Source: a virus. From it: 64,000 nucleotides of DNA. A model generated the notes under the pieces. That model worked only from the letters and a program-made list of their open reading frames with translations, was not told where the DNA came from and made no database searches. Location of the stretch: IMG/VR virus record IMGVR_UViG_3300045971_000163, positions 1 to 64,000 of that record. One strand, written 5' to 3'. Shown here one piece after another: positions 6,865-14,514 of this stretch; the stretch's first letter is position 1; each line of letters starts with the position of its first letter. The position numbers were made by a program, and so were the translations under genes.

Positions 6865-7950
6865 ATGTCATTTAAACAAGAACTTCGTAACAAATTAAAC
6901 CAACAATTGATCACTGCACAATCTGTCGCAAAATGGATGCCTCGTGAAAAGTCGGCAAAATCCACTGTGGCAAGAGAAATTCGTGAGTTTTTTGGCATGT
7001 CTCCAAAGTTCTATCGCCGTTCTATTGCTGAAATGTCGGATACAGTAGAGCAGAAGATGTGTGCCAGACTTTGGGATAACATCAATTATAGTCAAGTTCC
7101 ATCCGTAGCTCATTCACGCTACAAAAAAGCGTTTGGAAAGAATGGCACCACTTACGCTGAATACGTAACCAAGTTGGTTAAGGGTGATGACCCAACTGTG
7201 AAGATCAATGCTTCGGCAATCTTCCCACATGATGTGTTGAAGGGTCGTATCAACGGCTACGACATGAAGTGGGACAAGCAAGAGCTTGATGTGATCGAAG
7301 CTCAATGGGCTGCTCTGCCAAACTACATTGGTGACGCTTCGGTGTTGCCACTAGTTGACGTGTCTGGCTCGATGACTTGTACTGCTGGGCAAAAGGGTAC
7401 TACCACTTGTTTGGAAATCGCAGTGTCTTTGGGCCTGTACTTTGCAGACAAGAACAAGGGTGCCTTTAAGGATTGTATGCTGACTTTCAGCGACAAGCCA
7501 CAGTTGGTGGAGCTGAAGGGCAACATCAACGAGAAGATCAACCAAATGGTTACCACTGATTGGGGCATGAGCACTAACCTGCACTCGGCATTCAACGCGA
7601 TTCTGGCTACGGCTGTGAATCAAAAGGTGCCAGCGGCAGATATGCCAGGTACTGTGATCATCTTCTCAGACATGCAATTCAATGCCTGTGTGCATAACGA
7701 TGATTCAGCGATGGAGATGATTGAACGCAAGTATGCGGATGCAGGTTACACTGTGCCTAATGTTGTGTTCTGGAACTTGAACGCGGCATCTAACGTGCCA
7801 GTGAAGTTCGACAAGACAGGCGCTGCACTGGTATCTGGTTTCAGCCCAGCGGTTGCTACGGCAATCTTGTCTGGTAACATGGACGACTTCACCCCAGAAG
7901 CGATCATGTTGAAGGCGGTTATGGCGGACAGATATGCACTATGCGATTAA
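6865..7950 (+). CDS. DUF2828/TROVE (Ro60)-like protein, C-terminal fragment with vWA domain
   Basis: AKWMPREK...EQKMC..W..INYSQVPSVA; MIDAS DVSGSM; FSDMQF; VFWNL; VSGFSP; own AAGAGG RBS. Confidence 0.85.
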   Translation: MSFKQELRNKLNQQLITAQSVAKWMPREKSAKSTVAREIREFFGMSPKFYRRSIAEMSDTVEQKMCARLWDNINYSQVPSVAHSRYKKAFGKNGTTYAEYVTKLVKGDDPTVKINASAIFPHDVLKGRINGYDMKWDKQELDVIEAQWAALPNYIGDASVLPLVDVSGSMTCTAGQKGTTTCLEIAVSLGLYFADKNKGAFKDCMLTFSDKPQLVELKGNINEKINQMVTTDWGMSTNLHSAFNAILATAVNQKVPAADMPGTVIIFSDMQFNACVHNDDSAMEMIERKYADAGYTVPNVVFWNLNAASNVPVKFDKTGAALVSGFSPAVATAILSGNMDDFTPEAIMLKAVMADRYALCD

Positions 7951-8501
7951 GTGAGATTGCATCTGGTAGCTTGGCTAATCCCAATATACCAGATTTTTTG
8001 AATCCCGTTCATGTCTGTGACATGGATGGGTATCAAATCATGCACGATACTTGGAAAGGATATCAAGTTTTTGGTATTCTTGATGAGAATAACTTACCTA
8101 AAACATATATCATAACTTCACCAGTCAATGAGTCAACGTTGAAGTTTGTTGAAATTCACACTGTACCAGCTCATGCTGGCCAAAATTTAGGTGCAATTTT
8201 GCTATATGCACTAAAAGCAAAGCTTGGAATTAAATTGTTGTTAAGCAAAGATGAAGTTGTCAGTATCCCCGCCCGCTCATTAATAATGAAGCTAATTAAA
8301 AATAATAGACTTGCTGCAACTAAAGTAAGTGGTGAACCGCTGTCAGCAGATGAAGTTATCAATATTATGAATACAATGGGCGATTCTAATCATGAGCTAA
8401 TTCTCGAAAGTCAAGTAAGCAATCAACCTAAGTTTAACAAAGACTTAGTGTTATCTGAAAGATGGTACTTACGTAACTCAAATTCTGAAAATTATGACTA
8501 A
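7941..8501 (+). CDS. hypothetical protein, possible GNAT-like fold
   Basis: IHTVPAHAGQNLGAILL resembles acetyl-CoA-binding motif A; overlaps the upstream gene. Confidence 0.5.
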   Translation: MRLSEIASGSLANPNIPDFLNPVHVCDMDGYQIMHDTWKGYQVFGILDENNLPKTYIITSPVNESTLKFVEIHTVPAHAGQNLGAILLYALKAKLGIKLLLSKDEVVSIPARSLIMKLIKNNRLAATKVSGEPLSADEVINIMNTMGDSNHELILESQVSNQPKFNKDLVLSERWYLRNSNSENYD

Positions 8502-8530
8502 AAATAATTAACCATTATTTTTGATCCAAG

Positions 8531-8698
8531 ATGAAATTACTGTTTAAGTGCCTTGCTTGTAATAAATATTTCACCAGTCATGTTGAGCCACCTCAACGAC
8601 TGGCAAATTGTCCAACTTGTCGAACTGATTGCGCACCTCAGCCGCACCGTAAACATGAAACAATCCAAACTAAACTCCCTAAAAGAAGCATGCACTAA
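8531..8698 (+). CDS. small zinc-ribbon protein (55 aa), not in ORF track
   Basis: MKLLFKCLACNKYF...ANCPTCRTDC: two CxxC motifs. Confidence 0.55.
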   Translation: MKLLFKCLACNKYFTSHVEPPQRLANCPTCRTDCAPQPHRKHETIQTKLPKRSMH

Positions 8699-8900
8699 CA
8701 TTGCCATTGGCTATGTCGTTGGCATGTTAACCCAACTTATCCTGTATCCGCTTTACGGCATACACATTGCATTTACTACAAATTTAGCATTATCGTTTTG
8801 GTTTACGATTGTTGCTATTGCTCGCTCTTACTTTGTGCGCAGATATTACAATTATCAGTTGCATAAAAACAACAGTGTCGCGCAGCAATTAACTACTTAA
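8655..8900 (+). CDS. small membrane protein (MxQSKxxSLxEA type, DUF7220-like)
   Basis: QSKLNSLKEACTNIAIGY...ARSYFVRRYYN; two hydrophobic helices. Confidence 0.75.
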   Translation: MKQSKLNSLKEACTNIAIGYVVGMLTQLILYPLYGIHIAFTTNLALSFWFTIVAIARSYFVRRYYNYQLHKNNSVAQQLTT

Positions 8901-8966
8901 TCATTAAACTTGATAATGTGTAAAAATAATGTTATTGTTAAATACAATATCACAATGGAGATGTAA

Positions 8967-9131
8967 ATGGACAAAATCACAGAATTAGATCTTAAAAAAA
9001 ATTCTAAGCCGTTAACTAATTCAGATCTGCTGGCAGAATTATCCAATGTTGAAAAGTTAGAAGCAATACTTACGAGACTTCAGATTTTAACTAAGAAAAC
9101 TAACCCAGAATTTAATAATGAAAATAAATGA
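8967..9131 (+). CDS. small hypothetical protein (54 aa)
   Basis: GGAG RBS; MDKITELDLKKNSKPLTNSDLLAELSNVEKLEAILTRL... Confidence 0.55.
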   Translation: MDKITELDLKKNSKPLTNSDLLAELSNVEKLEAILTRLQILTKKTNPEFNNENK

Positions 9132-9405
9132 AGTAATTATTAACCCTGCCCAATCAATTTATGAACGATTAGCAGATAAATCTAATAATTTAGTTGCAAA
9201 CTATGAAAAGTTTTATAAAGACACTCAGTCACTGACACAAAATTTTACTATACCACCTAAATTTATATATCCCAGAGATACAATTTATGAGATTATATCG
9301 GAAATTAAATCAGCAGAAAAGTCACTTAGTGATATGAGAACGTCGTTGCCGCAACTATCTAAACTTTTGTCTAAACTTCTTGATTATTATGATCAGCAGT
9401 ATTAG
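9118..9405 (+). CDS. hypothetical protein
   Basis: 95-aa AT-rich ORF starting MKINEVII. Confidence 0.6.
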   Translation: MKINEVIINPAQSIYERLADKSNNLVANYEKFYKDTQSLTQNFTIPPKFIYPRDTIYEIISEIKSAEKSLSDMRTSLPQLSKLLSKLLDYYDQQY

Positions 9406-9451
9406 AAATTACGTTGCATAAAAACAACACTATTTCACAGCAAATCACCGC

Positions 9452-9480
9452 TTGACTTTGACCCAAACTTACGCTATAAT
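9452..9480 (+). promoter_or_regulatory. sigma70-type early promoter
   Basis: TTGACT, 17 bp, TATAAT. Confidence 0.85.
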
Positions 9481-9512
9481 GGTGGCAAGAGTAGAAATAA
9501 GGACAAAATATC

Positions 9513-9914
9513 ATGGAATTCGTTGTAGAAGCCAAGAGCCATTTGCGTAAAAAGTTCATCACTGCATTGCTGCCGTCAATGATCAAGCAACTTGGACTCG
9601 AAAAAAGCAAGAAGTCCGTGCTGATCATGGTAGACGAGGTGGAAGCGTTAGGCGTCACAGTCCCGTTTGAAAGTTTTGACTGCTATCTGATTGTCATTAA
9701 GCCACAGCGTATGGTTAGCATTGGTGCTACTCTTGCACACGAAATGGTGCACGTAAAACAAATGGCGCAGGGGAAATTGCGCAAAGTAACCAAGACCCAC
9801 ACAATGTGGGCAGGCAAGCGTTACACAAAAACAACGAAGTATCTCGATCAACCGTGGGAACAACAGGCATTCGCAATGCAAGAGCTGGTATTCCGTCGCG
9901 CTTTGGAAAGTTAA
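9513..9914 (+). CDS. HEXXH zinc metallopeptidase-like protein
   Basis: TLAHEMVHVKQ...PWEQQAF. Confidence 0.8.
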   Translation: MEFVVEAKSHLRKKFITALLPSMIKQLGLEKSKKSVLIMVDEVEALGVTVPFESFDCYLIVIKPQRMVSIGATLAHEMVHVKQMAQGKLRKVTKTHTMWAGKRYTKTTKYLDQPWEQQAFAMQELVFRRALES

Positions 9915-9916
9915 AC

Positions 9917-10228
9917 ATGACAACACTCGCAGATCTCAACAAATTTCAGCCAGGGCAAGGTCACTGGCCTTCCACTGCACACAATCACAGTGAAATGAAC
10001 GCCATGTTTGACATCTTGGACGCAGAGTTCAATAGCAGTGAGAAAATTTACACGGCATTTCATCGCCTGCAATGTTGCCACAGTAAGCCGCGGGGCGACG
10101 CAATGCGAGTCTTCAAAGAAGAAGCTGGCAAAGGTCTCCGGCGCAATGATTTCTTTTACAGCGAGCACCAAGTTGAATTGCTCGCGCATGCACTGTTGAG
10201 CATGTGGATTGTGAATGAGAACCGCTAA
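9917..10228 (+). CDS. hypothetical protein
   Basis: ORF track 9806..10228; likely start MTTLAD at 9917. Confidence 0.6.
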   Translation: MTTLADLNKFQPGQGHWPSTAHNHSEMNAMFDILDAEFNSSEKIYTAFHRLQCCHSKPRGDAMRVFKEEAGKGLRRNDFFYSEHQVELLAHALLSMWIVNENR

Positions 10229-10230
10229 AC

Positions 10231-10443
10231 ATGCAGATGCCGATCAGTGAGGAGATTGTTGCCGCAGTGCGTGACATTGATGCAGATGTTCAACGTGCGG
10301 AGGAGGATGTCCATAAGCTGTATTTACGCACCGGTGTCATTGACGAATTGTCACAAGAGTTCAAAACACTGCAATTTCACTGGACACGTCACGCTGGCAT
10401 GTATAGATTAGTCAAGGATTTACTCAACATTCCGCGGCAATGA
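10231..10443 (+). CDS. hypothetical protein
   Basis: 70-aa ORF tightly packed in the operon. Confidence 0.55.
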   Translation: MQMPISEEIVAAVRDIDADVQRAEEDVHKLYLRTGVIDELSQEFKTLQFHWTRHAGMYRLVKDLLNIPRQ

Positions 10444-10625
10444 GTCACGAACCTATTCCAAATCAGGGTGAAAAGTTAAAGGAAGTGCTTGATCTCGCAC
10501 AGAAATTATGCGATCATCAGCGAACATTTGACGCTTTAAGCAAAGTGCACGAAGAACCGGTGCCAGATTTTGTGAAGGCTGCTCGGGCAATTAGGGAAAT
10601 TCAGCGTATTGTCCAAAACAAGTGA
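10440..10625 (+). CDS. hypothetical protein
   Basis: 61-aa ORF, ATGA-coupled. Confidence 0.55.
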   Translation: MSHEPIPNQGEKLKEVLDLAQKLCDHQRTFDALSKVHEEPVPDFVKAARAIREIQRIVQNK

Positions 10626-10674
10626 TTTCAGCGTGAAATCATGCATTTGTTGCTGAAATACAACAAGAAACCTG

Positions 10675-10703
10675 TTGACTTCGCCGTAGATCTACGCTAT
10701 AAT
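10675..10703 (+). promoter_or_regulatory. sigma70-type early promoter with upstream GTTG-N8-CAAC (10649-10664)
   Basis: TTGACT, 17 bp, TATAAT. Confidence 0.85.
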
Positions 10704-10733
10704 AACCACATACAGCAACAAACGGAGTTAAAA

Positions 10734-10992
10734 ATGACACTTCAAAACATCAATTTTGCCGCATTGAGCCAAGCAAATCAGCAAGTGATTGCTAAATTCC
10801 AAAGCCCAGAACGCGAGTCAAGCGTGGTTAAAGGTGTGCCGTTGAGCATGCTGTCTGAAGTCCGCAACATTGTCCGCAGTGCTGCAAACGGCCGCAATGT
10901 CCGTGTCAAATTCCGTGGTCCGCGTCATTGACGCACAGGCTTTGACTTGTCTCAAGGCAGACGCTCGCTCGTTTGCTGTTTACGTTGATTAA
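10734..10992 (+). pseudogene. hypothetical protein, apparently frameshifted near 10926-10931
   Basis: MTLQNINF...KFRGPRH* ends at 10931; the +1 frame continues DAQALTCLKADARSFAVYVD* to 10992. Confidence 0.45.
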
Positions 10993-11092
10993 TAAATCGT
11001 TTGTTTGATAACAAATCGATAAAGCAATACCTGCTAAAGTAAGTTGACATTGGGTTGACTTTCAAGGGCTGGTTATTTAAGGAGAAGAGAAA

Positions 11093-11626
11093 ATGATGCA
11101 CATCAATAAAGTGACAAATGCTACCAGGGTTGGACATATCGAGCTCCATTCAACACATGATAAAAAATTAGTGTTGTTATCTGATGCAAAGATTACCCGG
11201 GATGAACTTAAAAATGAAACCGGTAGGGTATATTTTCTTACCGTCGACGGCTATATTAAGAAAATTGGTGGTAGCCAGTGCAAGGGTGGCATCCAAGGCA
11301 CAATCGGGGCATACTTGGGCGGGTTTGCTGTGGGTATGAGTCCGCGAAGTTTTTGCGGATGGCGTTACATTCGCAACGAGATTCAAGCAGGAAAAAAGGT
11401 CGAGTTTTACTTCATCCTTGCTCCCAAGACAACGGCAAAAATCCCAAGTATGAGCGGTTTTAAGCAACTTGAAATCGCAGTTGACTTCCATCAAATTGAA
11501 ACTGCCTGCGTCGAGGAGTTTGTCGCAACAGTTGGTGAATATCCATTTTTAAATATGCAAGAGAGTGGCAAACGGTGGGTTGACACCGGCCTCCTTGAGG
11601 GGTATCCTGGCATTATTAAGATGTAA
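11093..11626 (+). CDS. GIY-YIG nuclease, Hpy188I-like type II restriction endonuclease
   Basis: GRVYFLTVDGYIKKIGGS...VEFY...IETACVEEF..GEYPFLNMQE; adjacent to an MTase. Confidence 0.7.
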   Translation: MMHINKVTNATRVGHIELHSTHDKKLVLLSDAKITRDELKNETGRVYFLTVDGYIKKIGGSQCKGGIQGTIGAYLGGFAVGMSPRSFCGWRYIRNEIQAGKKVEFYFILAPKTTAKIPSMSGFKQLEIAVDFHQIETACVEEFVATVGEYPFLNMQESGKRWVDTGLLEGYPGIIKM

Positions 11627-11639
11627 TATACATTGCTCA

Positions 11640-11674
11640 AATCTGCGACTACTTTGCCAGAGTAGTCGCAGATT
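11640..11674. repeat. perfect 14-bp inverted repeat between nuclease and methyltransferase
   Basis: AATCTGCGACTACT-TTGCCAG-AGTAGTCGCAGATT. Confidence 0.85.
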
Positions 11675-11703
11675 CCTGCATTTTAAGTTATAATAAATAC
11701 ACT

Positions 11704-12720
11704 ATGAACAAAACAGATTACCTTAACTCAATTTGCAAAGAAGACGGATCGTTCAAACGATTAAGCAAGATCTCGAACTTGCGATACCCGGGTGGTAAAA
11801 CCAAAGCCATCGGGTTAATAACAGAATATCTGCCAGATGTTCTTCCCAAGAAAATATTAAGCCCGTTCATTGGCGGAGCGAGTTTAGAAATTGCGTGGGC
11901 GAACAATTTAGACGTTGATGAAGTTGTTGCATGTGACATTTTTCATCCGCTTACTAATTACTGGGAGCACCAGCTCAATGAGCCAGACAAATTAGCAGAT
12001 GAGTTAGAGAAGTTTGGATTAGGTGATCCAAATTATCGTGCATACAAACAGATTTTAAAAGATTGGTATGAAGATCCAGTTAAAAACAAGTTAACTGATT
12101 TGGAAGCCGCTGCCCATTACTATTACAATATGCAGTTAAGTTATGGGCCAATGTTTTTAGGCTGGACAAGCCCAAACAAATTAACCACGCCCAAAGAATA
12201 TGCTCGCATCATTGAACGTGTTAGGGAGTTCCGCTGCCCAAAATTACGAATTGAAAATATTCCGTTTGAGGAAAGTTTACTGAAATACCCAACGCATTTT
12301 GTGTATGCTGACCCACCATACCTATTAGGTTACGATAGTGAAGTCTTCAAGGCAATCTATCCTAATCAAGGCGGAGAGTTTCATAAAGGGTTTAACCACG
12401 AACTTTTTCGCGACCTTATGATTAATCGCAAGTCAGAGTGGATCATTAGTTACAATAATTGTGGCACTATACGAACTTGGTTTGACAAATTTGAGCAGAT
12501 TTACCCTGAATGGCAATACTCATATCAGCAAGGGGAAACTCGCAAAAAAGATGACGAGGGGAAATCAGTAAGAGGGGCGAAAAATAGCAGAAAAACCGGC
12601 AAAGAAATTTTGATCGTCAATTCAACTTATACCGCCCACACATACTCACCACCCCCAGTTAAGATAAAAAATAAAAAATCGGTTATGGCCAACCCAATGC
12701 TCGACTTGTTATTTGAATAA
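11704..12720 (+). CDS. DNA adenine methyltransferase (D12/Dam class)
   Basis: LRYPGGKT, SPFIGGAS, YADPPY, ISYN, KEILIVN. Confidence 0.92.
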   Translation: MNKTDYLNSICKEDGSFKRLSKISNLRYPGGKTKAIGLITEYLPDVLPKKILSPFIGGASLEIAWANNLDVDEVVACDIFHPLTNYWEHQLNEPDKLADELEKFGLGDPNYRAYKQILKDWYEDPVKNKLTDLEAAAHYYYNMQLSYGPMFLGWTSPNKLTTPKEYARIIERVREFRCPKLRIENIPFEESLLKYPTHFVYADPPYLLGYDSEVFKAIYPNQGGEFHKGFNHELFRDLMINRKSEWIISYNNCGTIRTWFDKFEQIYPEWQYSYQQGETRKKDDEGKSVRGAKNSRKTGKEILIVNSTYTAHTYSPPPVKIKNKKSVMANPMLDLLFE

Positions 12721-12794
12721 TTTATTTGAACAAATTTAACTGGCTCTCCCGCACCCGCACATAAATATTTTTCCACACATAAGGAGAATTATTT

Positions 12795-13031
12795 ATGTTC
12801 ATCAAAAGTGACTCAACTCACAAATCTCGTGCCGACTCAATACGCAAAATCGTGCAGGCGTTAAACGAGAGTGAAATCCAAGTAAAGAAAAAATCAAGAA
12901 AGCAATTTAAAAAATTGTCAGACGCGATCGGCGAAGCAAACATAACGCTCTTGCTTACATCCATTAAAGATAACAACGATCGCAACTATTCGAAAAGCGA
13001 ATATTTAGCAGCAAAAAGAAGGAGTGAGTAA
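12795..13031 (+). CDS. basic hypothetical protein (paralog 1)
   Basis: AAGGAG RBS; SRADSIRKIVQALNESEIQVKKKSRKQFKKL. Confidence 0.7.
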   Translation: MFIKSDSTHKSRADSIRKIVQALNESEIQVKKKSRKQFKKLSDAIGEANITLLLTSIKDNNDRNYSKSEYLAAKRRSE

Positions 13032-13034
13032 TTT

Positions 13035-13268
13035 ATGTTATCAAAATTTCGAACAACGCAAGAATCTCGTGATAACGCAACGTTAAAAATCGTTAAAGCA
13101 TTGGAATACGGTGAAATCAAAGTAAAGAAAAAATCAAAAGCACATTTTAAAAAATTAAAAAAAGCAATTGAAGAAGCAGATCAAATTCGCGTGTTAGCGT
13201 CTATACAAGACAATCTTGATCGCAGTCGCCCGAAAAGAAAATACTTTTCAGCAGCGAAAGGAGAATGA
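13035..13268 (+). CDS. basic hypothetical protein (paralog 2)
   Basis: SRDNATLKIVKALEYGEIKVKKKSKAHFKKL; aligns with the upstream ORF. Confidence 0.7.
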   Translation: MLSKFRTTQESRDNATLKIVKALEYGEIKVKKKSKAHFKKLKKAIEEADQIRVLASIQDNLDRSRPKRKYFSAAKGE

Positions 13269-13666
13269 CTATGACTAACGCAGAACTAATCGAGTGGTTA
13301 TCACAGCAAGACCCAACACTTGAAGCAGGTATGCTGTATGAAGGGTGCGGCCCACATGCATTGCCGCTATGCTTTGACATTGACAGTCTTGGGCAAAATG
13401 TTGGAGTCACCCAGGGTGAGTTGCAAGAATACAGCGATGCTACTAATAATGTCATCGCCGCAGGTCTCCAGCCAAACGAACCTGCTCTTATACTATACCG
13501 CAAAAGCCCAAATGTAAGTCGCGGAACACCTTTGACTCCGGATCAATTACGTTTACTACAGAAACAGCAAAGGGTGAAAAAGGCAAAATTGCCAAGGTTT
13601 AATCCTTTTGGTATGTCATATGGGAAAAAGCGAAATATATCAACAAATTTAAAAACAAAAGGATAA
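13265..13666 (+). CDS. hypothetical protein
   Basis: MTNAELIEWLSQQDP start; AAGGAG RBS. Confidence 0.65.
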   Translation: MTMTNAELIEWLSQQDPTLEAGMLYEGCGPHALPLCFDIDSLGQNVGVTQGELQEYSDATNNVIAAGLQPNEPALILYRKSPNVSRGTPLTPDQLRLLQKQQRVKKAKLPRFNPFGMSYGKKRNISTNLKTKG

Positions 13667-13669
13667 ATT

Positions 13670-13906
13670 ATGACAACCCTAACACTACAAGAAGTATTCG
13701 CAAAACAAGCCGAGTTAGCGACTCCGCATTCTGGTGACATATATGCTAATCCAGGAAGTCAAGGGCCAAAGAATCGCGACGAGGATATCCAAGGAATGGC
13801 TGCGTGTTCCATGTCAAACTTTGATTTGCAAACAGCCACTGAAATGGTTGACCGCAGGATTGCAAATTATGCAAAGCATACTGGGCAAGCACACCTACAC
13901 TATTGA
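13670..13906 (+). CDS. hypothetical protein (same frame stays open after TGA, to 14071)
   Basis: AAAGGA RBS; 78 aa. Confidence 0.55.
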   Translation: MTTLTLQEVFAKQAELATPHSGDIYANPGSQGPKNRDEDIQGMAACSMSNFDLQTATEMVDRRIANYAKHTGQAHLHY

Positions 13907-14157
13907 TATTATAAAAAGACCCCCAGTAACGTGCTTATGCGAATTATAAAAATCTGGGAAGATGAAGTGCCAGCGTTTTGTGAAAAATACGAAATTGACT
14001 ATTCCCACCCTAAACCAGTTTCTGAAACATTTATTCCATACGTTACAGAAAAAGTTGCAGTAGAAGCGTAAATTGTAACAAAGCCTTCGAGAGCACCCGT
14101 GCTCTTGACACGGTTAAGTGACTGAAAAGTGTTGCAGAAATGCAACACTTTCTTCTG

Positions 14158-14186
14158 TTGACAGTCAAGCATTTTGGTGTTATAAT
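14158..14186 (+). promoter_or_regulatory. consensus sigma70 promoter with upstream palindrome containing GTTG-N8-CAAC (14131-14146)
   Basis: TTGACA, 17 bp, TATAAT; AAAGTGTTGCA-GAAA-TGCAACACTTT. Confidence 0.9.
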
Positions 14187-14217
14187 ATTCACATAGCAGC
14201 AAAGAAAGGCACCGAAA

Positions 14218-14439
14218 ATGAAGTTCAAGCAAACCCAAAAGTTCCGCGTTATTGTTAAAGGTGTGTCCGTTTACGTGACTGCCAAGCAAATTCGCTGGGG
14301 CTTTGGTGACCAGATTAGCACCAACGCTGCCGTGTATGCTGCGTTTACCAGCCTTCAAGACATGAAGGCCGTGGACAATGCGACGGTTGGACTGTGCGCT
14401 CGCTACGGCGAAGTTGACGTCCAAATTGATACGTTGTAA
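14218..14439 (+). CDS. hypothetical early protein
   Basis: 73-aa ORF after a strong promoter; GAAAGG RBS. Confidence 0.7.
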   Translation: MKFKQTQKFRVIVKGVSVYVTAKQIRWGFGDQISTNAAVYAAFTSLQDMKAVDNATVGLCARYGEVDVQIDTL

Positions 14440-14448
14440 AAATACAAC

Positions 14449-14477
14449 TTGACGTAACCGCGATTTCAGTATATAAT
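14449..14477 (+). promoter_or_regulatory. sigma70-type promoter with abutting GTTG-N8-CAAC (14433-14448)
   Basis: TTGACG, 17 bp, TATAAT. Confidence 0.85.
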
Positions 14478-14514
14478 ACTCGCATAGTTTAACAAATCCC
14501 ACAGGAGTTTACAA

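Larger units (their letters stand above)
8858..9429 (+). repeat. 17-bp direct repeat GTTGCATAAAAACAACA flanking an AT-rich two-ORF segment
   Basis: Identical copies at 8858-8874 and 9413-9429. Confidence 0.7.

Noticed and set aside
6000-6930. Group I intron explaining the split DUF2828 gene
   Set aside because: The endonuclease is antisense and fills nearly all the insert, no room or P7-type core is evident, and the downstream half has its own RBS and start.
10711-10720. TACAGCAA in an early-gene leader as an extra array unit
   Set aside because: It lacks the preceding AG-N5 stem and complementary 3' strand; likely ordinary A/C-rich leader sequence.
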